From positions 11,098,001 to 11,162,000 of the forward strand of contig CM022666.1 of NCBI GenBank assembly GCA_012295275.1: 64,000 nt of DNA. The letters run 5' to 3'. Made by a program: the position numbers and the translations under genes. The DNA comes from Chrysomallon squamiferum (Eukaryota > Animalia > Mollusca). The first letter of the stretch is position 1, and each line of letters opens with the position of its first letter. The notes beneath the pieces were generated by a model. That model saw only the letters and a list, made by a program, of their open reading frames with translations. It did no database searches and was not told the origin of the DNA. Positions 26,111-41,871 of the stretch are shown in pieces.

Positions 26111-29100
26111 ACTGTCCAACTGTTGTAATGATTTTTGTCTGGCTGTCACATTTGAAGCAGGGGATTAAAAGTGCAAGTGTCCAAATGTTATTATTTTTGT
26201 CACATTATAAGAAGGGATTAAACTTCTAACTACTTGTTGTCATTAAGTTTGTTCTGTCATTAACAAAGCAGGTAAATATTGTGTTCACCTGTCTATTATA
26301 TCTACATACCTGAACTTACATAAGTAATTAACAGGTGTGCAAGAAGAAACAAAGCCCATGCTGTGAAAACAGCTTCTTAAACAAACAGATGACTTGTGTT
26401 AATAAATTAGTAATAACAGTAATAAAATACAAAATTACAAAAAAGTAAAAATTTAATATAAAATTTCCTGACAAAGTTTAATAAGTAAACATTTTTAAAA
26501 TGTTGCCATTTAAAAACCAACACATACTGTACTCTTTAAACAGTATAAATGAGCTGGTACCATGAAATTAGAGAGGTAGAAAGCTAGGTGGAAACAAAAT
26601 ATCAAATAGAAAAAAAGAAGAGGAAAACCACAAATAGAATAAGCAAACATTTAAACCATTAAACTATTATGTATAGATGACACTTGTTTGGTGTATGTCA
26701 AGCATTCACAACAAACAGTTGACAATCACAGCAACAGAAATACCAAAGTTCAAACTATTAATGATTAAAGTCACATAAACATGGTAATGATATAAAAATA
26801 ACTATTTCTGTCTCTGCATTACACAGACTGTGTATTTGTACATTTACATATGTGTGTGTGTTGTTATATATTTGTACATGTGTATATGTATGCATGTATA
26901 AAAATGCATGTAAGTATAGATATTTTAAGTAAATTATTTGTAGTGAGATCTACATTCCTAGAATTCATTTCAAATTGATTAACATGGATGTAGGTCAGTA
27001 TGAGATTTAGTGGACTAACAAATTAAAAACATGTTCATACAGTCAGAAACAATCAGCTATTAATTATGTGTGTAGTTACACAGCAATGTATTTAAGTACG
27101 ATTGTCAGCAGTTATTATGTTACTTTTACAATACTTATTGACAGGAAGAAAAGTGAGAAAGAGCAGACAGTAAGTGTATGTACAAAAACAAAACATTTAA
27201 TAATATTAACAACAATAAACAGCAGCAGCACCAACAACAACAACCCAACCCAAGAAAACATCAACAGAGAACTGAACAATGAGAAAAACAACATTGGTGT
27301 CAAGTTCTGCATTAATTAAACTGTACATCAAACATGCATTAATACATGTCAATGCAGTTATGTTTGTTTAAACGCAGAGGAAACAACATGAAGCTTAATG
27401 ATGGAATGTTTGCCTCAGGCTCGTCAGGTTGTAGGATCAAGCATCTTTAGTGACGCATTTCCTGCTGCAGTCTACTGGTCACAGTGGACATGTCAAAGTT
27501 CAAAGGTTAATTTTTTGCAAGCTTTATGCAAAGGGTCCCTAAATGGGAGCAGCTCTAGGAGTGGCTTTATGGTGTTTCTGGATTGCGTGCGAGTATTAGC
27601 CATCATCATAATTACGTTTGTACTATCTTCTACTGCGTGTTGATAGGTAAGCAACAGGTCAAGCTTACTTATTTGTTTTAATTATAATAAATTAAGTTTA
27701 CTTATTTGTTTTAATTATAATAAAATAAAATAAACAAACAAAATAAAGCAAAATAAATAATAGCAAGCACATAGATTTGTTGATGGATAGCACTAATACT
27801 GACAATATAATATTTTATTTACTTGCTAGAATATGTTATTTTATTTTAAAAAATAATACATGAAAGTATTATTTATAACTGATTTATACTTTGAGGGTTT
27901 GATATATTACTTTAATTTTTAAATTTTTTATTCTTTTTTTTTATATATTATTATTATTATTTACTTTTTTTAAATCTGTGAATGCATATATAGAAACAAA
28001 TTTATATGAACACTTATATGTAGATACAATCATACACATAAATATACTAAAAAATTCAAACATGCACATGCTCACACAAAACCATAACATTTAATATATC
28101 AGTGATTATAATATGACAAATATATGAGTAATAGAGAGAAAAACACATACCTCAGTTTCTTAACACTTTTCAGTTTTCACCAGTGGCTATTTGGTGTCCA
28201 CTGTATGACTAATGGGGTGTGTATATAGGTAAACTTGCATGACAGCATCTTTGATATATTAGTCTGAGAAGCAGTTTATCTAAGTAGCTCTGAACACAGC
28301 AAGCACAGTATTTCAAAACATTTCCTATTATTATAGAAGACTACTATGACAAGAAAATACATTATTTTTAAATACTGATAAATTGTACATATGTATTTAG
28401 TAGTTTTTCTCTCTGTGTGTGTGTGTGTGTGTATGTGAATGTGTGCACATGTGTATGTAAGTTTTCTAAGCTATTTTCAAATGAATAGAGCCTATTATTA
28501 TGTTACCTGCCGATTACTTTTCATGATTCTGCAACTGGAACATGTACTAGGCATGCATGGCTATCACATGAAATACTGCAGGAATGAAGTTAGGTTTGTC
28601 GGATTTAATGTAAAAAATTTACATAATTTCCAAACTATATTTACCATCAAGCATTTAGTAGTAAATGAATTAAAAAGAAAATATTCAAAAATATATTTAA
28701 GAAACCAATTAATTTGCCCATTAAAATTTGTGTCATTATTATCTCACACACACACGCATGTTTTCTTTTTGCCTCTCTCCCCTTTATTATATACAGTAAT
28801 GTACTCAATGGTCTGATCCATCTGCATTTGTTTAAAATATTTTTTAATAATTGTTTTATTCTTTCTCAGAAAAACGGGGTAACTTGTCTAGGACAATATG
28901 AATACTACAATAGTAGAGAACAGACAAATACCATTATAACCACACCTCTGTGGAAGGGAAAAATATCATTTCATTGAGAACTAAACCCACACAAAACATA
29001 ACACATGTTGACCTTGCAAAGCCAGTACAAAGACAATGTATCAACATGGCTGCACAACCACAGCCAGTATATAAATAGTCAGTCAATATATAAATAAGTT

Positions 29101-30015
29101 ACACATTTATTTATTTCAATACCTTAATGTAGATTAATTTTACTCAATTGGAATAAAGATAAGTACTTTCACAATTTATTTACTTACCCAATTCAATTAT
29201 AGTTACACAAATATGTTATCAAAAACACAAAACAAGGTTTGAAAAAACCCAAACATTTGTCTATAACTTGTATAAATTTATAAATATTTGGATTAAGTAA
29301 TACATAACAAAAAAATAAAATAAAATAAAATAAAATATTCCCCTCCAAAAAAAACCCAACAACTAAATATATATATATAATACAAATATTTCTAATAATA
29401 ATAATAAACATTTTAATGACAAAGGGAGATAATCTGTACAATACAGATATTTCATTAAAGAAATGTTTGTGTGTAATTCTTTGTCTAACACTTTGCATTT
29501 GTGTGCATGCGTGTGTGTGTGTGTGTGATTGAGTGTGTGTGTCTGTAATATCTGCATATTGTACATAGACATACGCACAAAACAGATTTAAAATAAATTA
29601 ATTTTCAATCACAATTATCTTTTACAAATGTGCCTTCTTTCCTTTTTATATGAAGTAACATTTAATGATTAAAAATATCACATTTTAAATATGTAATAGC
29701 AACAATAGAACACCTCAGAGAGAGAGAGAACAAGAATGCAACAACATTCATGTATGTATATAAAGGAATACCCAGGGATTCAAAGGTTTATAATTAACTG
29801 CTTGGAAAGAAGTGAACAAAGTACAGAATACACAAGTGCAGTAACACTTTAAAATACATTAACTATACACCTACAAACACACAGACACACACCATTTAAA
29901 TATTATTTCTAATGGTAAAATAAAACATCTGAAGTATAACAATATTAAATGTAATACATATTTTGTTACGATGTACACATGCTCACACACACATTCACAC
30001 TCACTCACACACACA

Positions 30016-30057
<42 letters not shown>

Positions 30058-30337
30058 GAGAAGGCAGTACCAAAGATTCTACACATCTATCTTTTACTGT
30101 AAGACTAGTGCTTTTAACCAAAGCCAATCTATTACGTATTGTGTTATACAACAATTCTGTAAATTAATCTGAATTATGCAACACAGTAAAATATCTACAA
30201 CGTATATTAACACATATTAATAATTAAAACAGTCCACAGTACACTGAACACCAGACTTAATTAGATTTATATATGGCTTAGGATTATATAAAAGAGAAAT
30301 AAGTAATAAATAAATCTGAAAATGACCATCAACTTAC

Positions 30338-30537
30338 CACAACATGGTATCATTACAACTTCTTGACCGATTCTTAAACCTATCGCAATGTTCCTTGACA
30401 ACTGGCTGCTGTGGAAGAGGTGGACACAGCACATAGGCAATGTACGGTGTGATTGGTGGACTGCCCACAGGACTGCCCAACACAGCTGGACATGGAACAG
30501 GTGGATATGTTAAGTTCCTCATGACACTGTTGTGCAT
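30338..30537 (-). CDS. TSC22D: Alternative first coding exon of the TSC22 gene (MHNSVMRNLTYPPVPCPAVLGSPVGSPP...SCNDTML), phase 2
   Basis: agtATG at 30537, 66 open codons + TG|GTAAGT donor, in frame with the 3128 exon. Pro-rich, with coding-like composition that contrasts with the AT-rich flanks. Confidence 0.72.
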
Positions 30538-33500
30538 ACTTTAAATATGTCACACAAATATTACCTACTAATGGTAAAGATGTTATAATTATTAGAGTAG
30601 CTCTGTAGCCGTCACATTTTAATTCAACTTGTGCATGTTTTCGAATAGATCTTGAATATGATGTTCAGTTCAACGCATGATCAGTTTAATCTTCAAATAT
30701 TTCTTTTTGTGTATATATATATACTTAAGAAATAATCCAGGTGCATATTCGGTTTGTCACCATGAAAATAGATGTTCTTAAAATGTATATAAATTCCACT
30801 TCTTTAAACAGCACTCTTACAATAAAATTAAAAGTAAAAACACACTTTTGTGTTCCTTGTAGGGAATTCTGAAATGTTAAATATTTGTAAGTTATCACCA
30901 GAAGTCAAAGTAATGTATTACATAAAAAGTTATTTCCTGCGTCCAAATCCAAATTGAAAGATAAGAAATTCAGAGTTACAGTTCTTGTTTCTGTAATGTG
31001 ATTCCATTAAAAACAACACTTTTCTAAGTTACAGAAACAGTGTGTCAGTGTTTGAAATAACACAGAAAATTGTGACAAAAACAACAAATTAGGCCAGGGT
31101 TTGTTTGGTTCCAGAGGTCTTCATTTTCAACCCAGTTCACAGCATGTACAACTTGAGCAGCAATAGTGCTATATAAAACTAGGGAAGCTACAATGTACCT
31201 GTGTTATATAAAACTACAACATCTACAATATCTGCAAAAACAGTATCGACAATGGATGAAATTATTACAACAACTGTGTGTCCACAAACAATTGTTTAAA
31301 CAAGAAAACAATATAAAATTTTGTCTGCATTAGAAAAAGAAGACCGTCCAATCCATATGAATAAATGATTTTAAAATAAATATATATCTATTAATAACAT
31401 TCTTTACAACAGAGCAGTTATAACTACATTACTCTTGATGTTGGTAACATTTCTACTCCTGAAAAAAACAACATCTTCAATGTATTACAGTTTCCACAAT
31501 AATTATAAAGTTTACTCTATCAATTCCAAAACACAGACTTCAGAAATCCAAAAGATACACTGGTCAGCAAATGACAAGTGTCCTTTAAATCATTATACTT
31601 TGGTTTAGTAGACCAGGTGGTAATACTGTTACCTAAGTCAAAAAGACAGTTTATATATTTAAAGCCCACAAGATAACTGATTCCAGATGCTGTTGTAGAA
31701 TGGGCAGGGTCCTGGCACTTTTTGTACCAGAGTCATTGTTTATACCCTAACCCATAAATATGGATACAATCGTCAGCAAGTCAGTTTGACATTGCTCAAA
31801 AAAAAAAAAAAAAAAAAAAAAGATTTTCATTCATAATTTTCAGTGTATTATCTGGAAGCAATCATGCTACTACAAGATTATGGCTAGGTCAAATCATGCT
31901 GTAGAATATGTTATTGTAGGGTTTATGAACTTGTACATGAATAAAGAAACCATAAAATATATTTAGTTCTTTTTTTTTATCTCTGCATCTTATTAATAAT
32001 AAATAATATATAATGTATGGATGTTCTTAAATATTATCTTGAGTAAAGATTTTTATTCACACACACATATACATACATACGTATCAGTTATCTAGTTTCC
32101 ATAAATAACTATTTACTTAAAACATGCATTTACAAGAGGCTATTAACTCGGCAGACATGTTTATAAACTGGCATTCACATTTGATTCAGGTACAGCAGAA
32201 ATATATTACCTGTATTTGTATAAGGCAGTTAAATCTCAAGTATATTGAGTAAATTATGCATGAACTTCTGGCCTAAGAAACAAGAAAAAAACATTAGCAC
32301 ATACATATATTGTATGTACTTGCATATGTATTTTATTACATGCCTGCATTCTCTGTCTCTCTTGCTGTCTCTCACACATGCACCTTCTGCCTTCTTTTGC
32401 ATGTACGTTTCACTTCATTCTCATAATGGTATTCAATACTAGAAACTTCACATTACAGAATAACATTTAAATATTTCTTAAACTGTGTAAACATAAGTAT
32501 AAAAACTTCAGTATCACAACATACTGAACAACACCAACAATTATTTGTTTTAATAAAATAATGTTAAACATTTTTCTAATACAGCTCTTTATGCATGGCA
32601 GGGCCAAACACTGAAACCAGGGTGTGAACAATATATCCCCCCTGTTGTGGATCTGTTTCTAGATTCACAAAACCCTTACATCTGATGATCAAGATGGTCA
32701 GTATAGTAGAGAAATGTTATTGGAAAGGTCAACTATTGTTCAGTTTTATAATTATATATAACACAACTGAACAGAATTCAGTGGACCCTAGGTGGGCACA
32801 CCTCACTCAGAGATCAGAGGTTACTTAATTTCAACATACACCCAAAGGTAAAATGACAAAATAATGTTAACATTTAAACTTAAAGAAAAGAAACACAACC
32901 AAAAATCCAACAACAGAAAAAACCTAAAATACTTTGTAAATCATTTCTGAAAAATGTTTGTTAGCTAATATTACTTCATTATCGAGTACAGTTTAACTTT
33001 TCATGTCAAAAACGTCGACATATTCAGAATAGATGATAAAATAAAGTGCACACTTTTATTTAAAACTATTTATGGCTCTGTTTTCACTTATTTAAAATGA
33101 ATAGCATTCAGTCCACTCATTCATTTAAATGACTATTTATGGCCATTACATTATTTGAATTTGGCTTCTGGTAGTTTTGTCTAAATGTACAAATAAAACC
33201 AAAAAAAAAGACATCTTTCATTTTTAGAATAATTAAGGTTACAAGAATCTATTTATACAAAATAACTGAGTCAGTTTTCTAACTCAGTACACTGAAAATG
33301 TCTAGTGCAATAGGATTAATACTTATCTTTATTATTTTTAATGCATTGTATGAATAAAAGTATGTTAAAAATATAACACTCTGTCACTATTCAAAGTTAT
33401 TACATTGGGAATGTTTTGGATTGGATAGTGTTAACAACATTTTACTTGTTTATGATGTGCAAAAATGTATTTAACAATAGAAAAGACTAATTTTCATAAA

Positions 33501-35066
33501 ATTCGGATAGAATGTTTTGGTGTAGGTTGTATCCAAAACTTTTATAATTCATTATGTATGTATGCATGTAACAACTTATGAGCATGTTATTTTAATTTTA
33601 TTACTGCTATGTCATTATGAGATAAAAAATAAAAATACCATTCAATTTGTTAGAAAGTACATAAGCCGTAAAGTACATTTTATCTGCATTTTCTTGCAGG
33701 GATGAATAATTGAATGAATGTTTAATGACACTGCATATAAAATACATTAATAACTGGTTACCAAATGAAATGTTCATGTATAAACCCATAAACAGGAACA
33801 GCTAATATTAAATGTTTTGTTATTTTTATATATCATAGAGAACTGGTTGAAAGAACCAAACAGAAGTGAGCCTGTAACCTACCACACATAAACACGCATT
33901 CTACATTTTATGTGAAATCCTTCCATATTTGCAAAACGTTGCATGATAATACTAAGACCAACTGAAATATGTTTGACATTAATCTGAGTATACATTTGTT
34001 CTAGAGAAGAACAGCTGTTTCACATAAAATCCTATTATTACAATTTGCATGTCAACCTGCAGATTACGTTGCTTGATTACTAAAAATGACATAATGATAA
34101 CACACATACACATATTCATCTCTTGCATTATCCCTGTTATAAATTCATTATAAAATAACAATCTGCATTCACAAGCAAACACACAGTATACTACTTACTG
34201 AACACTAAAGAAGACAAGATACCATATCAAAAACATAACCTATACAAAACTCAAATTGTTTTAAACACCACATTCAAAGAAAGTTTCTTTTTTTCACATC
34301 AATAAAAATCTAACAGTTATCACCTTTTTCAAAAAAGCATGTCAGTAAAATGTGGTTTATTAATTAAATCTAACAAAATTCTATTTGAAATCCTTCATAA
34401 TTTTTAACCAGTAAATATTAACAATTTTGTCAAATGATAACAAAATCTAGAAATACTATTACGTTTATTTTATTAACATGTGCTGCTTCAGTACAAACAA
34501 ATGTGTGAATCGGAAGTCACCACCCCAACTTTAACAATCTTTCACTTCAGGTAATTCCGTTTTTCACCATTTACACATTTCCTTCTACATATAAGTACTT
34601 CCAGTAGTGTGCCCAGTTTATTTTATTTTTATTTTTTATATATGGCTTTTAATACTACAGCGTAAATGTATATTTTTATTTATGTCAAATCTAGGAAAGA
34701 GGTCATCATCTGAAAAGGAGGACACCTCACAATTGTAACACTCCTTACAATTGTTCATTATTCATTTTAAAACACAATCCAGTCTAGTCTGGCTTTATGG
34801 GGAGATTGTAGTTAACAAAAAATAATTTATGTCATAACTGCGCATTATGCAGTACACAAATATTTATGTTACTGAAAGTAATAGTGGGAAATAAATTCAG
34901 ATGTGCAGATTTTACAGTTCATAGACTCTTTAAGGATAAGTTAATTATGTTCATTAATCCATACTTTAAAGTTCATTCACTTGTTAATCTATTATTCCAT
35001 AAATAAATGCTATTACATATTATTTTCAGTTAGTACATCATTGATTCTGCGATAGTCAGAAGAACA

Positions 35067-35350
35067 AAGTTGTAATACACCTATGCCATAAAATTAGAAT
35101 TGTTAAAAATAGCATATGGTGTCAGTGGAAATAAAGAAATGCTTTTATTGAATGATATATTAAAAGTACATTTTTAATCAATGTATGATTATAACATACA
35201 TATGGAGGAATGAAGTTGTAATACACATGCCATAAAATTAGAATTGTTAAAAAAAAGAAGAACTATCATGTCAGTGGAAATAAAGAAATGCTTTTAGTTA
35301 ATGACATACTAAAAGTACATTTTTAGACAATGTATGATTAAATCATACAT
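35067..35350. repeat. Two-copy tandem duplication, period 146 bp
   Basis: aagttgtaatacac...atgccataaaattagaattgttaaaaa...gtcagtggaaataaagaaatgctttt...aaaagtacattttta occurs starting at 35067 and at 35213. Confidence 0.9.
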
Positions 35351-38300
35351 ACAGAATAAGGAAGGCCATACCTGGTATAATAATGGACATTTAAAAAAAA
35401 AAGAAAAAAAAAGGAAACGTGAATAAACTATTTTTTCATCAACATAAGGACAAAATTAGATAAACAGTGCTGGGTATTACCATACTTTAAGTCACCACAA
35501 AAGAATATTACTAATGATTCTAGGAAGACATGATCAATGTTAAGGCACCCTGCACAATAAAACAGTCTAACTTGACCATAAAAATTTTAAATGCCGCATT
35601 TTGGACATGAACAATGTACAGCAAGAGAAAAATACAAATAAAAAGCAAAACAGGAAGACAGGAGTTAGAATATGTATGCCACAGCTTTAGAGAACAATAC
35701 ATTATGTTTAGCAGGTAACGTGATATATTTAAAGCTAAATTCGTAAATAACAAATTTCACATTATGATTATGTGTTCATTAGCAAAGTGCATGATGAATA
35801 AAACTCATATTCATACCAATGATTTAAAAAACAAAACAAAAAAACAAACATATATTACATTAAATATAAATTTAGAAATTTTAAAAACTAAAAAAAAAAA
35901 AACTAAAATTAAAATTAGTTAGCTAAATGTTTGGACACACACACTCACAAGAAAATGATAACAAATAGTTCCTTTTATTATATCCTCCCCAAAATATTTT
36001 CCTGTAATATTGTCTGATGCAAGCTGATTAGAATACATACATTCATACACACATTTATACTGCATATGCATTATACATACAAAAGACACAGCAGCCTGAC
36101 AGGATCACCTCCCAGTAACAGCTGACCAAGCAAAACTGAAACTTCCACATCTTCTTTTATCTTTAATCTTCTAAACAAAAATTATCTTGAGCAAACATTT
36201 CTGTTTTCAGCCTTTAGTTAAGAACATTGACATGGTTGATATATCTCGTAACATTTTTAACAGTTACATTTTAATTTTAAAACAACATCTGCATCTATAA
36301 ATAAATACATGCACATACAAAAACAATGTAACACGCAAATTGCCATTCCAAACTTATATTTATTAAAAGTTGTTAAATAACAAAGTTCTCAAATTTAAAT
36401 ACTTTAAATTATAAAAAAATCCAAGAGGAAAAGCATGCAATGTTGAGCAATAATTAAAATTATATATAAATATAATTACAGTTACTACTTTTTGGATTTA
36501 TTCAAGTAATGTGCCTTGTTTCGGAAAAAACAAAACAAAAACAACTAGAGAACTCTTGTAGAAATTCTACCAGTGGTAACAAGATGATACCACGAATTCT
36601 TTTGTTAAATGACAAAGCTTTTGTTGGGTTTTGGTGTACTGAAATACATTTTCAAATTATTTGTTTAAATAGGTAATGGAAAATATCAACCAAAAATTAG
36701 AAAACAATATTTATTTTGCTTTGAATAAGAAAAACAAATAATTATGGGTTCCTTTTGTAACGTTTTTTTTTTTTTTTTTTCATTCAAAATACTGACCTTA
36801 CCAGATATCAATCATGTCCTGAAGCCTTAAATAAAAATACTAAAAATAAATGAAAAACAACTAATGACACTTTTATTATTTTTTAAAACAGATTTAATTT
36901 GTTGTTTTGTTTTTTCCCAAGAAAAAAGTAATAATGATGTTTCCAAATAATGAAGTTGTACTAGTATACAGATGTTCTGATGGTGATGATGATGAAAAAT
37001 CAAGATATGAAGATCACCTGGTAATCACGTAAGAGTACTTTTCCATTTCCATTTGTCCACTTACTGCTATTTATTTGACCCTGTTCAATTAATTACCAAG
37101 TCATTTCCGGTTCCAACAGTGGTCTATTTTTTAAAATCTTCCTACAGATAAATGATGCTGTGGCACCAGTCTAGACTTGGTTACAAGATTAACTGTGCTT
37201 GGTGCTTCCATCAGGCTGTTTCCTAAGTCAGTCAGTGGTTTATCAAAGATAGTGTTATTTTCTTTCCTGCTGTCTATGAGTAGGTGCATAAAACAATTAT
37301 TTTCTGCTGATTTCTATCAAATGAAAAGGCAGCTGTAATTTCCTTTTTCTTTATCTTCATATCTTTAACCATATTAATTAAACCACAGATTAAAAACAAT
37401 CTTGGTTAAATTAAAACATTTCTTCCCCTCAACTTGGTGCATTTCTTGATTCTTTCAAGTATGCTTATAGGAAAACTCCCTTATTTACTGGTGAGAAAAG
37501 TTTCAGTTAAAACATGTTATTAATAAAATATATTTATTTAAATTTATTCAAGAATTCAAATGTTTAAATCTAATCTAAAAAATCATATCTCCAAAGAACA
37601 TAAAATAACTAGTTTTTGTAACTGAAAATATCCATGATACTTAACAAATGAAGGTTTTTTTTCCAGTACATTTTACTTCTTGCAGAATGTAGATTTCCTG
37701 TTTTTTTCTAAACATTTCTTCACATTCAGCACTTTATCATCTTCACTAATTATTCTCCATCATCTTTCTTCCAGATTATCAACAATCAGCTTATCATCTG
37801 TTTACTGAACCAGCAGCCTATCGTTCCCAAAACATATTCACCAGCTGTTTAAATACAATGATAACTACAGTGAAAAACATTTCTGAAATTCCTTTTTCGT
37901 GATTAGAATATAAAGCTGTATCAAAGGTGGAGTAAGGTAAGATTAAAATGTTATGCTTGATAATATAAAAATATTCTTAGTAAATGTGCATCAACAGATT
38001 AAAAGGGAAAATAACTCATCAATATTTATCTCCATCACTCAACAACTTGAAAGTACAGGTATACCAATGGTTAAAGCATGTTTGATAATAATCCAGTGAT
38101 TCCAGATGTATGGGTTATCTGTTCACTGCAGGGTTACATACTTAACAGGGAATAAATAGATACTGGAATGCAATCAGAGAATCTAACTGTTTTTAGTTTC
38201 ATGGTTTAAACATTGCATCATAATAATTTGGTATTCAGAAGGATGTTTTATTTATTTATTAAATGTTATCAGTAGTAGTAATATTATGTAATTTTTTAAA

Positions 38301-38521
38301 AACACATTAGTATTTCTCAAATGTATCTTAAAATGAATTCCAAGATTAAAATGGATTCTAATCAACCAGATCCATGGATAAAAAAAAATGAAATAATTAT
38401 CTGTTTGAATGTACTAAGGTCCACATAATATAAACTGAAATAATAGCTTTTATAAAGATGAAATCTGATACATTTTAATTCAACAAATATCTCATCTTTA
38501 ATCAGCACATACATAAATGGT

Positions 38522-38700
38522 TGGTATAACCCTGTCTGTGGGAAGATGGATACAAAAGATCCTTTGCTGCTAATTAAACAAAAAGTAGCTTTTTATATGG
38601 ATATGAGTTTCCATCCTGATTATATGAATAATCGTTAACCCTAAGCACATTAAAAATGTGTACGGACTGTTATAAATAAAAAATATTCTTTTTTCTTTTT
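38522..38700 (+). mobile_element. Decayed interspersed (SINE-like) repeat fragment
   Basis: cctgtctgtggga..atg.ata.aaaagatcc.ttgctgctaat...aaataaaa..att.ttt resembles, from memory only, an abundant gastropod interspersed repeat. Not verified by search. Confidence 0.4.
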
Positions 38701-40581
38701 CTATTAATCACCAAGGCAGCACAGAGTGATTATATTAAAACAAGTCAACTGATAATTACATTTCAAGAACTTTCATTTCTAAATGCAGTATTACCATGCA
38801 GCACAACCTGTAGAATCTTTCTTACTTTTGTAAAATTTTCTACAGCCTGGAGGTCTTACTATGTATGGGAATAAAAAAGAATTCTTTCTCTTCCCATTGG
38901 TACATATGTATCCTAGCGAGTAAAATCAATGAAGAACACATTACAAAGCTTGTACCTTCAGACAAATTTTTGTCCTCTTGAACAGTATAATCTTTTCCTC
39001 CTCACTGATTATCTGTGAAAAATGAGATTTGTGAATATGGGGTCCAGGCTATGCTGAATTCATCATCTATATCTGTAGACATTCTTTCTTGATTTGGATT
39101 TCAAGGCAGCTTCATGCAAACAGCAAAGTTGTAAACTATGTTCATTTCACTCAAAAAAAAATCAGAAGTCTTCTTGAGGTTTACAATTTCAAAAGCTTCA
39201 CATTGGAGTGGTCTTGCTAATGTAATATTATAGCATATCTTGATTTTAATATCACCCTCAATCTGTTTCTATGTCACTCAGACATTGTATATTGCAGCTG
39301 TGGCAAATGTTTTCAAACTCTGTGAGCAACAGTTCTGAAAAATGAAATCAAATATTTTAGTCTATTTAATTAAAAAATATATATAGAGATTTTTACTTAT
39401 TATTATTTTAATTTCATTTCATTTTTGTTGTTACTTTAAAAATTAATTTAAAAAAATAAAAAGAATAAAAAAAGGGAATTTAAAAAAATAAACTAATACT
39501 TAGACCTTCCTACAAACATTCTACAATTAAATTTGAATTCCCAACTGTAATTCAGCCAATTTTTTTTTCTTTTCCTCATTTCATTATCAAGCTACAGCAG
39601 GGCTTTCAAATCTGATCCAACATCAGTCTATTACTGCTAAGATCTCCTGTGCTGGTTATTTTCCTTGCAACAGCCAAACCAAATTTTATATATATATATA
39701 TTTGTTTAATGATACAAAAATCATTTAGACATGTTCTCACTACAGAAACAAACAGCAACTGCATATGAATATATTTTAAGTTATCTTGCAATATAGACCT
39801 AAGAAATCAAATTAACATTTAAAAATTCATCCTATTTATGATGGTAGCAAAAATATTATGAATTATATATGATACCTGCTACCTAATACTGCCTATGTCT
39901 CCTTCTCAAAAACAGTTTGAAAGCCCTCTAATAATATTTTTAATTTATTTAAATTTATTCTGCACATCTATGTTGATTTATTTAATTCAACAATTAAACA
40001 GTAAATGATTTAAAAATATTTCTATGTTATTTACATGCATAGACACATTACGTATCAGTTGACCTCAGTTCCCATAATCACAACATTTTGAACACATTAA
40101 ATTTCACATCCAAAGGCAACTGAAATGAAATTTAAAAAATGTATATAATTTAACTTTTAAGGTATAATTAAAACATTTTCATTAATTCAAACTGGCCATA
40201 TAATTGTTAATTGAAAAAGTTATATATGTATAACCCTCTACTGGCAGGCAGACTTGCTGTGATATTACTTTAAATAATAAATAAATAAATAAATAAATAA
40301 ATAGGATTTTTTTCTTTTTGTCTACAAGTTAAATAAAATGTTCTGGTAGTTGCAGCTGATATATATTTTCCAGCTGGTACTCTTTCACTGTTCAGTTGTG
40401 TGTGTGTGTGTGTGTGTGTGCATGTGTGTCTGAAGACTTCTGATTAAACAAGAAGAAAATAAATAAATAAAGTAAAAGAGAAGGAAATAATAATTTACTT
40501 ACTGTTAACTACCAATGCATTCATGAAAAAATAACATATCTATTCTCATGTTAAAATAATGTTTTTGAAGAAATTAAATTG

Positions 40582-40618
<37 letters not shown>

Positions 40619-41837
40619 TATTTATCAGATATTAAGATTTATTTATTATTTTAAGTTTTAAAAAAGACAGCTTATCATTGTGTTTATTAATTTAACTGTA
40701 AATGTTAATAATAAAAATAAAAATAATAATAATAATAATAATAAATTAAAATGAAATATTTATGAAGAACAAAGAAGATAAATTACCTCCCGGCAAAGTG
40801 ATGAAGAGAAAAATCCACATCTCAGTTACAATGGAGTTCATTACCATGCAGGCAATGATCAGCATCTCTTCAATACATCTTCCCAACAATATGTCTCCTT
40901 GGTAACCATAGAAACAATAAGCCATATTTTCTTATTTGTTTTAGCATTGAAATTAAAATGCACGTTGCAAATAAAGAAAACTAATATATAATCTATATTT
41001 TATTATTTCATACTATCTAACCTCTCCCAAAAATATTACAGTAAAAAGTCTAACCTCAACAATTTAAGACAAACACACATATACAACATATCATATGTTT
41101 TAAGAAAAGAGAACAAAAATATGTTTACCCTAATTTGTGTTGTTGTCTATATATTATCTAAGAAGCAAGAAACACATTTTATGTAAATTGGTTTATTTAC
41201 CTTTTAAAACTTTTGAACCACATGCACACGCATGAAAACATACACACACATACACATTCAAAAACCATTTATCAAACAATAAGTATAACACAAATTGTAA
41301 CAAATCACTTCACCAATTTCATATAAATCTAAAATAATAAAATAATTACAAATATACATGTACTTCAACAATAAAATAATTATGAACAAATAACTAACAT
41401 CCATTTCTTTTGTATGGTATTTTTTCTAAATCTTATTGCCAGATCATTTTTACCTATCACCATGAGTCACATGATCATGTGAGGGTCATGTTAATTAGAG
41501 ACGAATCTGCTGATTCAAAATATTTTGTCACTTATGTCAATCACTGTAGCAAACTATCTTTAAAACTTTTGTTTAATTTTCAGCTTTAAAAGTTTAATCT
41601 AGTTATTCATTCTTTCTAGGTCATGAATATCATTGCATAAAAATAAACATGTCATAGCAAATGTTAATGCTGTCAGAATCTGACACTGGTTATTAGTATA
41701 AAACAGAATCTAAAATCAGCACTACAGATCTAACTTTACTTGAGTCTGGATATATATTGAATGTGTTTGTTTTGTTTGTTTTTTTGGTGAGGTGTATACA
41801 ATACTTTTATAACCATTTAATAACAATAATAATAATG

Positions 41838-41871
<34 letters not shown>

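Noticed and set aside
40787-40925. ATG-initiated 46-codon frame ending at GAG|GTAATT
   Set aside because: Phase 1, incompatible with the shared exon, and the phase-2 frame has stops.
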